Translations under genes and position numbers: made by a program | Shown here: positions 1-11,315 of the stretch, one piece after another | Layout: every line of letters starts with the position of its first letter | Position numbering within the stretch: the stretch's first letter is position 1 | Notes under the pieces: generated by a model | What the model was told of the DNA's origin: nothing | Database searches by the model: none | Seen by the model: the letters and a program-made list of their open reading frames with translations, nothing else | Source of the DNA: Chloroflexota bacterium | GTDB lineage: Bacteria; Chloroflexota; Limnocylindria; Limnocylindrales; CSP1-4 | NCBI GenBank assembly: GCA_034435355.1 | Contig: DAOTXE010000002.1 | Coordinates: 1 to 59,371 of the forward strand | DNA: 59,371 nt | Direction of reading: 5' to 3'

Positions 1-91
1 CCCGATCGCGATCGAGATCGGGCAGCGCTTCGCGATCCGCGAGGGTGGCCGAACCGTCGGCGCCGGCGCGATCGTGAGCATCGTCGAGTAG
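1..91 (+). CDS. tuf: Elongation factor Tu, 3' end (partial)
   Basis: Frame from nt 2 reads [29 protein letters not shown], matching the EF-Tu C-terminal [14 protein letters not shown] motif; directly upstream of rpsJ. Confidence 0.95.
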   Translation, partial: PIAIEIGQRFAIREGGRTVGAGAIVSIVE

Positions 92-95
92 CCCG

Positions 96-404
96 ATGCC
101 CAAGCAGCGGATCCGGATCCGGCTCAAGGCATACGACCATCGCCTGTTGGATCAGTCGGCGGCCCAGATCGTCGAGACTGCCCAGCGGACCGGCGCCGAC
201 GTCGTTGGACCCGTGCCGCTCCCGACGCGGATCGAGAAGTTCACGGTGCTCCGTTCGCCGTTCATCGACAAGGACAGCCGGGAGCAGTTCGAGATCCGGA
301 CCCACAAGCGTCTCGTCGACATCCTCGACCCGTCGGCCAAGACGGTCGACGCCCTGATGCGCCTCTCGCTCGCGGCGGGAGTCGACATCGAGATCAAGAT
401 GTGA
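96..404 (+). CDS. rpsJ: 30S ribosomal protein S10
   Basis: [14 protein letters not shown]...GPVPLPT...[15 protein letters not shown]. Confidence 0.99.
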   Translation: MPKQRIRIRLKAYDHRLLDQSAAQIVETAQRTGADVVGPVPLPTRIEKFTVLRSPFIDKDSREQFEIRTHKRLVDILDPSAKTVDALMRLSLAAGVDIEIKM

Positions 405-444
405 TGAATCACCACGAACCTCGCGTTGGCGCCGGGTGGCGGCC

Positions 445-1053
445 ATGAGCATCGGTTTGATCGGCCGCAAGGTCGGCATGACCCAGGTCTTCCAGCCCGA
501 CGGCACCATGATCCCGGTGAGCGTGGTGTCGGTCGTGCCGAACACCGTGACGCGCCTGCGGACCCCGGAGCGGGACGGCTATACCGCGGTGCAGCTCGGA
601 ACCGAGCCCGCTAGGAAGCTGACCAAGCCCGAGGCGGGCCAGCTCAAGGAGCTTCCCCAGGTCGCCGTGATCCGGGAGTTCCGCCTCGAGGATGCCTCGA
701 ACTACGCCGTCGGACAGACGCTCGACGTCAACCTGTTCGCGGCCGGCGACGTCGTCCACGTCACCGGTACCTCGAAGGGGAAGGGCTTCGCCGGCAACAT
801 CAAGCGAAACAACTTCCACCGCGGCCCGAAGACGCACGGCTCGGACCACCATCGAGCCCCCGGCTCGATCGGGCCGGGCACGACGCCCGGGCGCGTCTAT
901 CGCGGCATGCGCATGGCGGGCCACATGGGCGACGAGCGCGTCACGGTCAAGAAGCTCAGCGTCGTGCGCGTCGATCCCGAGCGCAACCTTCTCCTCGTCA
1001 AGGGGTCCGTACCGGGAGCGCCGCACGCACTCGTCCTCGTGAGGAAGGCCTGA
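445..1053 (+). CDS. rplC: 50S ribosomal protein L3
   Basis: [37 protein letters not shown]; ATG at 445 preferred over GTG at 436. Confidence 0.98.
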   Translation: MSIGLIGRKVGMTQVFQPDGTMIPVSVVSVVPNTVTRLRTPERDGYTAVQLGTEPARKLTKPEAGQLKELPQVAVIREFRLEDASNYAVGQTLDVNLFAAGDVVHVTGTSKGKGFAGNIKRNNFHRGPKTHGSDHHRAPGSIGPGTTPGRVYRGMRMAGHMGDERVTVKKLSVVRVDPERNLLLVKGSVPGAPHALVLVRKA

Positions 1054-1055
1054 CC

Positions 1056-1679
1056 ATGCCGCAGACCACGCTCTATGCCCGGACGGGCGAGGCGATCGGG
1101 ACCGTGGAGCTCTCCGACGAGCTCTTCGACGCGCCGATCAACGCCGCCGTCCTCCACCAGGTCGTGACGGCGCAGCTCGCGGGCCGCCGGCTCGGAACCA
1201 GTGACACCAAGACACGCGGCGAGGTTGCCGGCGGCGGCAAGAAGCCGTATCGCCAGAAGGGAACCGGCCGGGCTCGCCAGGGCTCGCGACGCGCACCCCA
1301 CTTCACGGGCGGCGGCGTCGTCTTCGGGCCACATCCGCGCTCGTACGCCCAGCGCCTGCCCCGCAAGATGAAGCGCCTCGCGCTGCGCGGTGCGCTCACC
1401 GCGAAGCTCGGCGGGGATGCGATCCGGGTCCTCGACGCGTTCGGGCTCGAAGCGATCCGGACGAGGGAGCTGCTCGGCGTCCTGGAGAACCTCAAGGTGG
1501 CCGGCCGCGTGCTCATCGTCGCGCCGGCGCGCGACGAGCGCCTCGACCTGTCGGCCCGGAACCTGCCCCGGGTCGCGGTCCTGCTCGCGGACTCGCTGAA
1601 TGTGGTGGACCTGCTCAACGCGGACACGATCGTGATCGAACAGCCGGCCCTCGCCCGCCTCGAGGAGGTCTACGCATGA
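1056..1679 (+). CDS. rplD: 50S ribosomal protein L4
   Basis: [27 protein letters not shown] motif; S10 operon position. Confidence 0.98.
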   Translation: MPQTTLYARTGEAIGTVELSDELFDAPINAAVLHQVVTAQLAGRRLGTSDTKTRGEVAGGGKKPYRQKGTGRARQGSRRAPHFTGGGVVFGPHPRSYAQRLPRKMKRLALRGALTAKLGGDAIRVLDAFGLEAIRTRELLGVLENLKVAGRVLIVAPARDERLDLSARNLPRVAVLLADSLNVVDLLNADTIVIEQPALARLEEVYA

Positions 1680-1978
1680 CCCTGACCGCCCACGAGGTCA
1701 TCGTCCGTCCGATCATCAGCGAGAAGTCGATGGACGTCTCCGGCCACGGGAAGTACACGTTCGAGGTTCACGGCGACGCGTCGAAGATCCAGGTGAAGGC
1801 CGCCGTCGAGGAGCTCTTCAAGGTCCAGGTCACGGCGGTCAACGTCCTGACGACGAAGGCCAAGGAGAAGCGCCGCGGGACCAAGCGCGGCCGGATCACG
1901 GGTTGGACCACGCCCTGGCGCAAAGCGATCGTGACGCTCGCCGCCGGCCAGAAGATCGAATTCTTCGAGGGGGTGTAG
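1676..1978 (+). CDS. rplW: 50S ribosomal protein L23
   Basis: [34 protein letters not shown]. Confidence 0.97.
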   Translation: MTLTAHEVIVRPIISEKSMDVSGHGKYTFEVHGDASKIQVKAAVEELFKVQVTAVNVLTTKAKEKRRGTKRGRITGWTTPWRKAIVTLAAGQKIEFFEGV

Positions 1979-1980
1979 CG

Positions 1981-2811
1981 ATGCCGCTGCGGAGCTACAA
2001 GCCAACCTCGGCCGGCCGCCGGTTCATGACCCGGTCGACGTTCGAGGAGATCACCACCAAGGAGCCCTACAAGCCCCTCCTGGAGCCGAAGAAGCGCGGC
2101 TCGGGCCGCAACAACCAGGGCCGGCTCACCGTTCGCCATCGGGGCGGCGGCGAGAAGCAGCACTACCGGATCATCGATTTCAAGCGCGACAAGATCGGGG
2201 TCCCCGCCAGGATCGCGACCGTCGAGTACGACCCGAACCGGTCGGCCCGCATCGGCCTCCTTCACTACCGGGACGGGGAGAAGCGGTACATGCTCCTGCC
2301 CCACGGCCTCAAGGTGGGCGACCTGGTGGTTGCCGGCCCCGACGCGGAGGCCCGGGTGGGGAACGCCCTGCCGCTGGCCACGATCCCGCTCGGCACGACC
2401 ATCCACAACATCGAGCTCATCCCGGGCAAGGGCGGTCAGATCGTCCGCTCCGCGGGCGGCGCGGCACAGCTCCTCGCCAAGGAAGGCGACTACGCCACGG
2501 TCCGGCTTCCCTCCGGGGAGATGCGCCGGGTGCCGCTGCGCTGCGTGGCGACGATCGGGCAGGTATCGAACCTCGATCACGAGAACCAGAGCCTCGGGAA
2601 GGCGGGCCGCGCCCGCCACATGGGCCTGCGCCCGGAGACCCGAGGCGTCGCGATGACCCCGCGCGACCACCCGCACGGCGGTGGCGAGGGCAAGTCTCCC
2701 ACCGGGATGCCCCCCAAGACGCCGTGGGGCAAGCCGGCGATGGGCTACCGGACGCGGCGCGGGACGAAGGCGGATCGCCTGATCGTCCGGTCGCGGCACC
2801 GCCAGGCATAG
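1981..2811 (+). CDS. rplB: 50S ribosomal protein L2
   Basis: [44 protein letters not shown]; true ATG at 1981 within ORF 1903-2811. Confidence 0.99.
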   Translation: MPLRSYKPTSAGRRFMTRSTFEEITTKEPYKPLLEPKKRGSGRNNQGRLTVRHRGGGEKQHYRIIDFKRDKIGVPARIATVEYDPNRSARIGLLHYRDGEKRYMLLPHGLKVGDLVVAGPDAEARVGNALPLATIPLGTTIHNIELIPGKGGQIVRSAGGAAQLLAKEGDYATVRLPSGEMRRVPLRCVATIGQVSNLDHENQSLGKAGRARHMGLRPETRGVAMTPRDHPHGGGEGKSPTGMPPKTPWGKPAMGYRTRRGTKADRLIVRSRHRQA

Positions 2812-2824
2812 GAGGAGCGGAAGC

Positions 2825-3109
2825 ATGTCGCGTTCGGTCAAGAAAGGGCCGTTCGTCGAGGCGCGGCTCCTCGGCCGCGTCCAGGAGATGAACAAGAAGA
2901 ACGAGCGGAAGATCGTGCGCACGTGGTCGCGCGCGTCGGTCGTCTTTCCGGACTTCATCGGGCACACGATCGCGGTCTACAACGGCCGCAAGCACGTGCC
3001 CGTCTACGTCACCGAGAACATGGTCGGTCACCGCCTGGGCGAGTTTGCCCCGACCCGCACCTTCCGCGGGCACGACAAGAAGACCGACCGTTCCACGGCC
3101 GTGCGGTAG
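2825..3109 (+). CDS. rpsS: 30S ribosomal protein S19
   Basis: [32 protein letters not shown]. Confidence 0.99.
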   Translation: MSRSVKKGPFVEARLLGRVQEMNKKNERKIVRTWSRASVVFPDFIGHTIAVYNGRKHVPVYVTENMVGHRLGEFAPTRTFRGHDKKTDRSTAVR

Positions 3110-3120
3110 GGGACCAGATC

Positions 3121-3459
3121 GTGCGCGTTTCCGCCACTGCCAAGTACCTCCGCGGGTCAACCCGCAAGGCGAACCTCGTCACCTCGGCCATCCGTGGACG
3201 CCGGGTCGAGGACGCGAGCGCGATCCTGCGCTTCATGCCCCAGGGCGCCGCGCGCGACGTCGCGCGCGTGCTCGCGAGCGCGACCGCGAACGCCGAGAAC
3301 AACCACAACCTCGCGGCGGAGGACCTCGTGATCGTGGAGGCCCACGCCAACGAGGGCCCCACCCTGAAGCGCTGGAAGCCACGCGCCCAGGGACGGGCCT
3401 TCGCCATCCACAAGCCGATGACCCACATCACCATCGTCCTCGAAGAGCGGGAGGCCTGA
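3121..3459 (+). CDS. rplV: 50S ribosomal protein L22
   Basis: GTG start: [19 protein letters not shown]...ANAENNH...[17 protein letters not shown]. Confidence 0.97.
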   Translation: MRVSATAKYLRGSTRKANLVTSAIRGRRVEDASAILRFMPQGAARDVARVLASATANAENNHNLAAEDLVIVEAHANEGPTLKRWKPRAQGRAFAIHKPMTHITIVLEEREA

Positions 3460-3460
3460 G

Positions 3461-4150
3461 ATGGGACACAAGGTCCACCCGTACGGCTTCCGCCTCGGGA
3501 TCAGCCGCACCTGGTCCGCGAAGTGGTATGCGGACAAGGAATACGCGACGCTGCTCCAGGAAGACCTGGCCGTGCGCAAGCTCATCGAGCGACGCCTCGC
3601 CAACGCGAGCGTCGGCGGCGTCGAGATCGAACGCGGCATCAACTACGTGACGGTGACGATCCACACGGCCAAACCGGGCATCGTGATCGGCAAGGGCGGC
3701 ACGAACGTCGAGATCCTCCGCAAGCAGATCGGCGATCTCACGAAGCCGCGCAAAGTGAAGCTCGAGATCAAGGAGATCCGCCAGCCGGAGCTCGATGCGT
3801 ATCTCGTGGCCGCCAATGTTGCCCAGCAGCTGAGCCGCCGGATCGCGTTCCGGAAGGCGATGAAGCAGGCGATCCAGCGGACCATGAAGGTGGGGGCAAA
3901 GGGCGTCAAGATCGCCGTCGCCGGCCGCCTCGGCGGCTCGGAGATGGCTCGTCGCGAGTGGGACCGCGAGGGTCGCATCCCGCTGGGCACGCTCCGCGCG
4001 GACATCAGCTACGGCTACGTCCTGTCCCGGACGACCTACGGCACGATCGGCGTGAAGGTCTGGATCTACCGCGGTGACCACCCCGACCAGCGGGTCGCCC
4101 GGCCGGCCGCCGCCCAGGCTGCCGCACCCGTCGCGGCCACGGGAGCGTGA
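3461..4150 (+). CDS. rpsC: 30S ribosomal protein S3
   Basis: [46 protein letters not shown]. Confidence 0.99.
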   Translation: MGHKVHPYGFRLGISRTWSAKWYADKEYATLLQEDLAVRKLIERRLANASVGGVEIERGINYVTVTIHTAKPGIVIGKGGTNVEILRKQIGDLTKPRKVKLEIKEIRQPELDAYLVAANVAQQLSRRIAFRKAMKQAIQRTMKVGAKGVKIAVAGRLGGSEMARREWDREGRIPLGTLRADISYGYVLSRTTYGTIGVKVWIYRGDHPDQRVARPAAAQAAAPVAATGA

Positions 4151-4154
4151 CGCC

Positions 4155-4574
4155 ATGCTGATGCCGCGCCGCGTCAAGCACCGCAAGGTCATGCGGGGCC
4201 GGATGGCAGGCATGTCCAAGGGCGGGACGGCTGTCTCATTCGGAGAGTTCGGCCTCATCACCCTCGAGCCTGCCTGGATCACGAGCCGCCAGATCGAGGC
4301 GGCCCGGCGCGCGATGACCCGCTCGGTCAAGCGCGGCGGCAAGATCTGGATCCGGATCTTCCCGGACAAGCCGGCGACCAAGAAGCCGGCGGAGACCCGG
4401 ATGGGCTCCGGCAAGGGCGCCCCGGACCACTGGGTTGCCGTCGTGCGGCCCGGCCGGATCCTCTTCGAGATGGCGGGAGTCGACCGCGAGCAGGCCGTCG
4501 AGGCGATGCGCCTGGCCAGCCATAAGCTGCCGGTCGCGACGCGCTTCATCGTCAAGGAGGAGGAGAGCGCGTGA
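4155..4574 (+). CDS. rplP: 50S ribosomal protein L16
   Basis: [31 protein letters not shown]. Confidence 0.99.
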   Translation: MLMPRRVKHRKVMRGRMAGMSKGGTAVSFGEFGLITLEPAWITSRQIEAARRAMTRSVKRGGKIWIRIFPDKPATKKPAETRMGSGKGAPDHWVAVVRPGRILFEMAGVDREQAVEAMRLASHKLPVATRFIVKEEESA

Positions 4575-4777
4575 TCGACATCGACAAGCTGCGCGCCCTG
4601 ACCGACGCGGAGCTGGACCAGGCGCTCAACGACGCGAAGCGCGACCTCTGGCAGGCCCGTTTCGAGCTCGCGACGCGCCAGCTGAAGGACTACACGGCGA
4701 TCTCGGGCTCGCGCCGGACGATCGCCCGGATCCTCACCGTCCGCCACGAGCGCAAGCTCCTGGACAAGAGCGCGTAG
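4571..4777 (+). CDS. rpmC: 50S ribosomal protein L29
   Basis: Size and position between rplP and rpsQ; [10 protein letters not shown] motif. Confidence 0.95.
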   Translation: MIDIDKLRALTDAELDQALNDAKRDLWQARFELATRQLKDYTAISGSRRTIARILTVRHERKLLDKSA

Positions 4778-4787
4778 GGGGCCCGGC

Positions 4788-5168
4788 ATGGCAGGAGCAA
4801 CACACGTGCAGGGCAATCGCAAGACCAAGGTCGGGCGCGTCGTCAGCGACAGCATGGACAAGACGATCGTCGTCTCCGTAGAGCGCCTGACGCGCCACCC
4901 GCTCTACAAGCGGGTGGTCCGGGCGTCCAGCAAGTTCGCGGCGCACGACGAGCTCAACGCCGCCCGCGTGGGCGACACGGTCCTCATCGAGGAGTCGCGA
5001 CCGCTCTCGCGCACGAAGCGCTGGCGGCTCGTCGAGGTCGTCTCGCGGGCCGGCGAGGATCGGCCCTCGGAGCTCGTCGCCGAGGAGTCGGCGACGACCG
5101 AGGCGATTCACGCCGCGGCGCACCCGGGCAGGGCGCATGCCGGGGCCGGGGAGGAGACCGAGGCGTGA
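4788..5168 (+). CDS. rpsQ: 30S ribosomal protein S17 with C-terminal extension
   Basis: [33 protein letters not shown]. Confidence 0.98.
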   Translation: MAGATHVQGNRKTKVGRVVSDSMDKTIVVSVERLTRHPLYKRVVRASSKFAAHDELNAARVGDTVLIEESRPLSRTKRWRLVEVVSRAGEDRPSELVAEESATTEAIHAAAHPGRAHAGAGEETEA

Positions 5169-5533
5169 TCCAGCAGCAGACCCGCCTCCGCGTGGCGGAC
5201 AACACGGGCGCGCGCGTGATCCAGTGCATCCGGATCATGGGCCGCTCGCGGGCGACCACCGCGGAAGTCGGCGACGTGATCGTCGCCAGCGTCAAGCAGG
5301 CGATTCCGAATGCGGCCGTCAAGAAGGGTGATGTCGTGCGTGCGGTCGTGGTTCGCACGGCCAAGGAGTACGGCCGGCCGGATGGCAGCTACATCCGCTT
5401 CGACGAGAACGCCGCCGTCCTGATCAACAACCAGGGCAACCCGCGTGGGACGCGGATCTTCGGCCCGGTCGCCCGCGAGCTCCGCGATCGGAACTACATG
5501 AAGATCGTCTCACTCGCACCGGAGGTGCTCTGA
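5165..5533 (+). CDS. rplN: 50S ribosomal protein L14
   Basis: [49 protein letters not shown]. Confidence 0.99.
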   Translation: MIQQQTRLRVADNTGARVIQCIRIMGRSRATTAEVGDVIVASVKQAIPNAAVKKGDVVRAVVVRTAKEYGRPDGSYIRFDENAAVLINNQGNPRGTRIFGPVARELRDRNYMKIVSLAPEVL

Positions 5534-5534
5534 G

Positions 5535-5936
5535 ATGGCCCGTGCCGTCGCACCCCGGGTGACCAAGGTGCCCGAGATCCGCAAGGGTGACACGATCCTC
5601 CTGCTCGGCGGCAAGGACGCCGGCAAGCGTGGGACCGTCGAGCGCGTCGACCGGCCCCTGACGCCCGGCACGCCCTACCGCGTGGTGGTCGAGGGGCTGA
5701 ACATCGCCAAGCGGCACACCAAGCCGCGCCCCCGGATGAACCAGAACGATCGCGTGCCGCAGATGCAACAGGGCGGCATCGTCGAGAAGCCGCTCCCGAT
5801 CGCCGTGGGCAAGGTCATGCTCGTCTGCCCGCGCTGCGACCAGCCGACGCGGATCCGCCATCTTCTCCTGGAGAGCGGGGCGAGCGTGCGTGCCTGCGGC
5901 CGCTGCGGCCAGCCGGTGGAGGTGAAGGGCGCGTGA
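5535..5936 (+). CDS. rplX: 50S ribosomal protein L24
   Basis: [18 protein letters not shown] motif, VVVEGLN..KRH; C-terminal CPRC...CGRC. Confidence 0.96.
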   Translation: MARAVAPRVTKVPEIRKGDTILLLGGKDAGKRGTVERVDRPLTPGTPYRVVVEGLNIAKRHTKPRPRMNQNDRVPQMQQGGIVEKPLPIAVGKVMLVCPRCDQPTRIRHLLLESGASVRACGRCGQPVEVKGA

Positions 5937-6475
5937 GCAGCAACCTGAAGGGGCGCTACGCGACCGAGGTCGTGCCCGCGCTCACCAAGCAGTTCGCCTA
6001 CCGGAACCCGATGCAGGTCCCGCGTCTCGAGAAGATCGTGGTCAACATCGGGCTCGGCGAGGCGCTCACGAACGCCAAGGCGGTCGACGCCGCGGTCGGC
6101 GACCTGGCCGCCATCACGGGCCAGAAGCCGATCGTCACCAAGGCCAAGCGCTCCATCGCCCAGTTCCGTCTCCGGACGGGCAACACGATCGGGGCGAAGG
6201 TGACCCTCCGCGGCGAGCGGATGTGGGACTTCCTTGAGCGCCTGACCGTCCTGGCGCTTCCGCGCATCCGCGACTTCCGGGGGATCCCCGCCAAGTCGTT
6301 CGACGGGCGTGGCAACTACAGCCTCGGGATGCGCGAGCAGCTCGCGTTCCCCGAGATCGATTACGACAAGGTCGACCGTCTCCGCGGGCTGGAGATCAGC
6401 ATCGTGACGACGGCGAAGACCGACGAGGAGTCCCGGAAGCTTCTGGAACTCCTCGGCATGCCCTTCGCCGGCTAG
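5933..6475 (+). CDS. rplE: 50S ribosomal protein L5
   Basis: [39 protein letters not shown]. Confidence 0.99.
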   Translation: MSSNLKGRYATEVVPALTKQFAYRNPMQVPRLEKIVVNIGLGEALTNAKAVDAAVGDLAAITGQKPIVTKAKRSIAQFRLRTGNTIGAKVTLRGERMWDFLERLTVLALPRIRDFRGIPAKSFDGRGNYSLGMREQLAFPEIDYDKVDRLRGLEISIVTTAKTDEESRKLLELLGMPFAG

Positions 6476-6491
6476 CGCGGGGAGGAGGATC

Positions 6492-6677
6492 ATGGCCAAG
6501 AAGTCGTTGATTGCAAAGGCGAAGCGAACGCCTCGGCACAAGGTGCAGGCGTACCACCGGTGCACGCTGTGCGGCCGGCCCCGCGCCTACATGCGCCGGT
6601 TTGCGCTCTGCCGCATCTGCTTCCGGGAGCGCGCCCTCGCGGGCGAGGTCCCGGGCGTGACGAAGTCGAGCTGGTGA
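6492..6677 (+). CDS. rpsZ: 30S ribosomal protein S14, Zn-binding type Z (61 aa)
   Basis: [10 protein letters not shown]...LCRICFRE...PGVTKSSW (two CxxC). Confidence 0.97.
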   Translation: MAKKSLIAKAKRTPRHKVQAYHRCTLCGRPRAYMRRFALCRICFRERALAGEVPGVTKSSW

Positions 6678-6684
6678 GCCGACG

Positions 6685-7083
6685 ATGAACGTCTCCGATC
6701 CGATCGCGGACATGCTCACGCGCATCCGCAACGCGTCGCGGGCCCACCACCTCGAAGTGGTCGTGCCGGCGTCGCGGGTCAAGCGCGAGATCGCGCGCAT
6801 CCTCGTCGACGAGGGCTTCATCGCCTCCTTCAGCGAGGGCCGTGACGGCGTGCATCCCGTCATCACGCTCAACCTCAAGTACGTCGACGGCAAGGCGTCG
6901 GTCTTGTCCGGACTCAAGCGCATCAGCAAGCCCGGGCTCCGCGTCTACGCCCGCAAGACGGACATCCCCCGGGTCCTCGGTGGCCTGGGCATCGTCATCG
7001 TCAGCACCAGCCAGGGGATCATGACCGGCGCGCAGGCTCGCAAGGCCCAGCTCGGCGGCGAAGTCCTCGCCTACGTCTGGTAA
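6685..7083 (+). CDS. rpsH: 30S ribosomal protein S8
   Basis: [35 protein letters not shown]. Confidence 0.99.
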   Translation: MNVSDPIADMLTRIRNASRAHHLEVVVPASRVKREIARILVDEGFIASFSEGRDGVHPVITLNLKYVDGKASVLSGLKRISKPGLRVYARKTDIPRVLGGLGIVIVSTSQGIMTGAQARKAQLGGEVLAYVW

Positions 7084-7094
7084 GGGAGAAGGCG

Positions 7095-7646
7095 ATGTCG
7101 CGTATCGGCCGCCAGCCGATCCCCGTGCCCGCGGGGGTCGAGGTCCGTCTCGACGGCCCGGTCATCACCGTCACGGGCCCGAAGGGAACCCTGACCCGCT
7201 CGCTCCCGGCCGCGATGACCGTGGAGGCCGGGGAGGGCAGCCTGCTCGTCACGCGTCCGTCCGACCTCAAGCAGCACAAGCAGCTCCATGGGCTGACCCG
7301 GACGCTCGTCGCCAACATGGTCGAGGGTGTCACGGCCGGCTATCGCAAGAGCCTCGAGATCACCGGCGTCGGCTACCGCGCCCAGAAGGTCGGCGACAGG
7401 CTGCAGCTCAACCTTGGGTACAGCCACCCCGTCGAGATCGTCCCGCCGGACGGGATCAGCTTCGAGGTCGAAAGCCCGATCAAGCTGGCCGTCCTGGGAA
7501 TCGACAAGGAGCTCGTCGGCCAGGTTGCCGCCCGTGTCCGGGCTACCCGGAAGCCGGAGCCATACAAGGGCAAGGGCGTCCGCTACTCGGGCGAGGTGAT
7601 CCGCCGCAAGGCCGGCAAGGCCGGCAAGATCGGCGGAAAGAAGTAA
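7095..7646 (+). CDS. rplF: 50S ribosomal protein L6
   Basis: [28 protein letters not shown]. Confidence 0.99.
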   Translation: MSRIGRQPIPVPAGVEVRLDGPVITVTGPKGTLTRSLPAAMTVEAGEGSLLVTRPSDLKQHKQLHGLTRTLVANMVEGVTAGYRKSLEITGVGYRAQKVGDRLQLNLGYSHPVEIVPPDGISFEVESPIKLAVLGIDKELVGQVAARVRATRKPEPYKGKGVRYSGEVIRRKAGKAGKIGGKK

Positions 7647-7662
7647 CGGAAGGACGACCACG

Positions 7663-8025
7663 ATGACGAAGGCCGCCACGCGCGGCGCCGCCCGGCAGAA
7701 ACGGCACGAGCGGATTCGCCTCCGGCTGGAGGGGACGTCCGCGCGGCCGCGCCTTGCGGTCTACCGCAGCCTCAACCACATCTACGCACAGGTGATCGAC
7801 GACGCAGCCGGTCGCACCCTCGCCGCCGCGTCCTCCCTCGAGCCGGAGCTCAAGGGCGGGAAGCAGACGAAGGTCGACGAGGCGAAGGTGGTCGGACGCC
7901 TGGTCGCCGAGCGGGCCCGCACCGCCGGAGTCGCGCAGGTCGTCTTCGACCGAGCCGGGTATCGCTACCACGGCCGGGTCAAGACGCTTGCCGACGCCGC
8001 GCGGGAAGCCGGTCTCGACTTCTAG
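7663..8025 (+). CDS. rplR: 50S ribosomal protein L18
   Basis: [33 protein letters not shown]. Confidence 0.99.
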   Translation: MTKAATRGAARQKRHERIRLRLEGTSARPRLAVYRSLNHIYAQVIDDAAGRTLAAASSLEPELKGGKQTKVDEAKVVGRLVAERARTAGVAQVVFDRAGYRYHGRVKTLADAAREAGLDF

Positions 8026-8041
8026 GAGGAGCAGACCGCCA

Positions 8042-8575
8042 GTGGCCAGGATCGATCCCGCAAAACTCACGCTCGAGGAGCGTGTCGTCCAGATCAACCG
8101 CGTCGCCAAGGTCGTCAAGGGCGGGCGCCGCTTCAGCTTCTCCGCGGTCGTCATCGTCGGTGACGGCCAGGGCCACGTCGGTGCGGGGCTCGGGAAGGCC
8201 GGCGAGGTCCCCGAGGCGATTCGCAAGGGCGTCGAGGACGCCAAGAAGAACCTCATCCGGATCCCGACCGTGGGGACCACGATCCCGCACGAGGTGCGCG
8301 CGGAATACGCAGCCGCCAAGGTGCTGCTGAAACCCGCCTCCCAGGGGACGGGTGTCATCGCCGGTGGCTCGGTCCGCTCCGTGGTGGAGGCTGCCGGCAT
8401 CCGCGACATCCTCTCCAAGGTCCACGGGTCGACGAACCCGGTCAACGTCGTCCGCGCCACGATCGAGGCGCTCCGCACTCTCGCGTCCGCGGAGCAGGTC
8501 TCGGCACGTCGGGGCGTGCCGGTCCGCCTGTTCGTGGCCGGCCAGCCGGCCGGGGAGGCCAGCGATGGCAGGTAG
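8042..8575 (+). CDS. rpsE: 30S ribosomal protein S5
   Basis: GTG start; [36 protein letters not shown]. Confidence 0.98.
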   Translation: MARIDPAKLTLEERVVQINRVAKVVKGGRRFSFSAVVIVGDGQGHVGAGLGKAGEVPEAIRKGVEDAKKNLIRIPTVGTTIPHEVRAEYAAAKVLLKPASQGTGVIAGGSVRSVVEAAGIRDILSKVHGSTNPVNVVRATIEALRTLASAEQVSARRGVPVRLFVAGQPAGEASDGR

Positions 8576-8774
8576 TCTGCGGGTGACCCAGGTCAAGAGC
8601 ATGATCAGCCACATCGCCCGGAATCGGGGCACCATCAAGGCGCTGGGGCTTCACCGGATCGGGGACACCGTCGTGGTGCCGGACAACGAGGCGACGCGCG
8701 GGATGGTCCGGGCGGTCCGCTTCCTCGTCGAGGTCGAGGAGCTCCCCACGACGGTGACAGAGGAGACCCGATGA
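8565..8774 (+). CDS. rpmD: 50S ribosomal protein L30
   Basis: ATG at 8565: [10 protein letters not shown]...[11 protein letters not shown]...RGMV. Confidence 0.95.
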   Translation: MAGSLRVTQVKSMISHIARNRGTIKALGLHRIGDTVVVPDNEATRGMVRAVRFLVEVEELPTTVTEETR

Positions 8775-9328
8775 AGCTGCACGACCTGCGGCCCGCGGAG
8801 GGTGCGCACACCGCCAAGACCCGGGTTGGGCGTGGGATCGCCGCCGGCAAGGGCAAGACCGCTGGACGAGGCACCAAGGGGCAGAAGTCCCGCGCGGGCA
8901 GCTCCATCCCGACCTGGTTCGAGGGCGGCCAGACCCCGCTCCACATCCGGATCCCGAAGCTCCATGGATTCCGCAACATCAACCGGATCGAGTTCGAGGT
9001 CGTGAACGTGGGCGCCATCAGCGCCGCGATCGAGCTCGGCCGGCTCCCGTCAGGCGACCTGCCCGGAGGGTCGAAGGAGTCCGCGCCTGCGCCGGTCACG
9101 GTGAACCAGGAGCTGCTCCGCATGGCCGGTCTCGTGCGGACGCTCGACAAGCCTCTCAAGATCCTTGGTGGCGGCGACGCCGGGCACCCGATGTTCGTGG
9201 TCGCGGATGCGTTCACCAGGAGCGCTCGCGAGAAGATCGAGGCGGCCGGTGGGACGGTTCAGGTGATCGAGATCCCGACGACCCTGCTCGCCGCCATCGG
9301 CGTCGAGCCGCCGGCCGACGCGGACTGA
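8771..9328 (+). CDS. rplO: 50S ribosomal protein L15
   Basis: RVGRGIAAGKGKTAGRGTKGQKSR, FEGGQTPL. Confidence 0.98.
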   Translation: MKLHDLRPAEGAHTAKTRVGRGIAAGKGKTAGRGTKGQKSRAGSSIPTWFEGGQTPLHIRIPKLHGFRNINRIEFEVVNVGAISAAIELGRLPSGDLPGGSKESAPAPVTVNQELLRMAGLVRTLDKPLKILGGGDAGHPMFVVADAFTRSAREKIEAAGGTVQVIEIPTTLLAAIGVEPPADAD

Positions 9329-9340
9329 CGCGGCCCGGCC

Positions 9341-10624
9341 GTGTTCGACTCCATCCTCAACGCCTTCCGGGCGCCGGACATCCGGCGCCGGATCCTGTTC
9401 GTCCTGGGCGCCCTGATCGTCTTCCGGGCGCTTGCTCACGTCCCCGTCCCCGGCGCCGATCCCACCAAGCTCGCCGCCTTCTTCAACGGCAACGCGCTCT
9501 TCGGCCTGCTGGACCTGTTCTCCGGCGGCGGCCTGTCGCGGTTCTCGGTGGTGGGCCTGGGCGTCAACCCCTACATCAACGCGTCGATCATCATGCAGTT
9601 GATGACCGGCGTCGTGCCCGCCCTCACCGCGCTCCAGCGCGAGGGAGAGTACGGCCGCAACAAGATCAACCAGTACACGCGCTACCTGTCGGTCCCGCTC
9701 GCGATTCTCCAGAGCTACGGGTTCCTGGCTGTCCTCAACCAGGCGGGCGTGCTCAACACGAACTTCGACCTGGCCTCGTTCGCGACGCTCACCCAGATCA
9801 TCACCCTGACTGCCGGATCGATCCTCCTGATGTGGATCGGCGAGCTCATCACCGAGAAGGGGATCGGCAACGGGATCAGCTTCATCATCTTCGCCGGCAT
9901 CGTGGGCCGTGTTCCGCAGGCGATCGGGACCTTCCTCGACTCGCCCAATGTTCCGGCCCTCGCGATCTTCGCGATCTTCGCGATCTTCGCCATTGCCGCA
10001 ATCGTCTTCATCACCGAGGGCCAGCGGCGCATCCCGATCCAGTACGCGAGCCGGGTGCGCGGCAGGCGGATGTACCAGGGCGGGACGACGTTCCTGCCCC
10101 TGCGGGTCAACCAGGCCGGCGTCATCCCGATCATCTTCGCGGTGAGCATCCTGCTCTTCCCCAGCCAGATCGCCGGCTACTTCGCCCAGAGCCAGGTGTC
10201 GATCGTCAAGCAGGTCGCCACGTTCTTCGTGAACACGTTCGGCCCGTCGAACCTCGTCGTGTATGGCTCGCTCTACTTCCTCCTGACGGTCGGCTTCACC
10301 TACTTCTACACGGCCTTCACATTCAAGCCGGACGAGACCGCGGAGCAGCTCCGCAAGAACGGGGGCTTCATCCCGGGCATCCGGCCGGGGCGGCCCACCC
10401 AGGACTACCTCGCCCGCGTCGTGAACCGGATCACGGTCGCCGGGGCGCTCTTCCTCGGCGCCGTCGCCGTTGCCCCCTACGCGTTCCAGGCCTTCATCCC
10501 GGGCCTTGCCGGGCTCTCCCTCGGTGGCACGAGCATCCTGATCGTCGTGTCGGTGGTCGTCGAGACGATGAAGCAGCTGGAGGCTCAGCTGATGATGCGG
10601 AACTACGAGGGTTTCATCCGATGA
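9341..10624 (+). CDS. secY: Preprotein translocase subunit SecY
   Basis: GVNPYINASIIMQL, WIGELITEKGIGNGIS, RVNQAGVIPIIFA, GFIPGIRPG, YEGF. Confidence 0.99.
   Translation: MFDSILNAFRAPDIRRRILFVLGALIVFRALAHVPVPGADPTKLAAFFNGNALFGLLDLFSGGGLSRFSVVGLGVNPYINASIIMQLMTGVVPALTALQREGEYGRNKINQYTRYLSVPLAILQSYGFLAVLNQAGVLNTNFDLASFATLTQIITLTAGSILLMWIGELITEKGIGNGISFIIFAGIVGRVPQAIGTFLDSPNVPALAIFAIFAIFAIAAIVFITEGQRRIPIQYASRVRGRRMYQGGTTFLPLRVNQAGVIPIIFAVSILLFPSQIAGYFAQSQVSIVKQVATFFVNTFGPSNLVVYGSLYFLLTVGFTYFYTAFTFKPDETAEQLRKNGGFIPGIRPGRPTQDYLARVVNRITVAGALFLGAVAVAPYAFQAFIPGLAGLSLGGTSILIVVSVVVETMKQLEAQLMMRNYEGFIR
9961..9990 (+). repeat. 9-bp tandem repeat (CGCGATCTT)x3 inside secY
   Basis: cgcgatctt cgcgatctt cgcgatctt cgc, encoding AIF-AIF-AIF in a transmembrane helix. 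Confidence 0.85.
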
Positions 10625-10643
10625 GCGCGAACCGGGCGCCTCG

Positions 10644-11315
10644 ATGAGAATCCTGATCCTGCTCGGCGCCCCGGGTGCCGGGAAGGGAACCCAGGCCCAC
10701 GTCCTCTCGCGTCACCTCGGCCTGCCCCGGCTCGCAACCGGGGACCTCTTCCGGGCGGCGGCCCGAGACGGCACCCCGCTCGGGCGCGAAGCCCAGGGCT
10801 ACATGGAGCGCGGTGATCTGGTTCCCGACGAGATCACCGTCGGCATGCTGCTCGAGCGGCTGGCGGCCCCGGACGCCGCGCGGGGAGCCATCCTCGACGG
10901 TTTTCCCCGCAACCGCCCACAGGCGGAAGCGCTCGACCGGGCGCTCGCGGGCCGGGGGGCCAGGGTCGACCGGGCCCTGCTCGTCGACGTCCCGCCCGAG
11001 GAGCTGCTCCGGCGCCTGACCGGGCGCTGGCTGTGCGTGGCGGCCGGCCACATCTACCACGAGACGGCCCACCCACCCCGTGTCCCGGGTATCTGCGACA
11101 TCGATGGATCGGCCCTCGTCCAGCGCGACGACGACCGCCCGGAGGTCGTCAAGGCCCGGCTGGAGAAGCAGCTCGGTGCCCTGTCCGACGTCGTCGAGCA
11201 CTACCGCGCTGCCGGCGTGCTCGATGCCGTCGACGGCCGCCGGCCCATCGCCGCCGTCACGGCCGACCTGCTCGACGCGATCGAGCCGCTCCCGTACTGG
11301 CGAGGCCACGCGTGA
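10644..11315 (+). CDS. adk: Adenylate kinase
   Basis: GAPGAGKGTQA P-loop, GDLVPDE, LDGFPR, QRDDD. Confidence 0.98.
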   Translation: MRILILLGAPGAGKGTQAHVLSRHLGLPRLATGDLFRAAARDGTPLGREAQGYMERGDLVPDEITVGMLLERLAAPDAARGAILDGFPRNRPQAEALDRALAGRGARVDRALLVDVPPEELLRRLTGRWLCVAAGHIYHETAHPPRVPGICDIDGSALVQRDDDRPEVVKARLEKQLGALSDVVEHYRAAGVLDAVDGRRPIAAVTADLLDAIEPLPYWRGHA

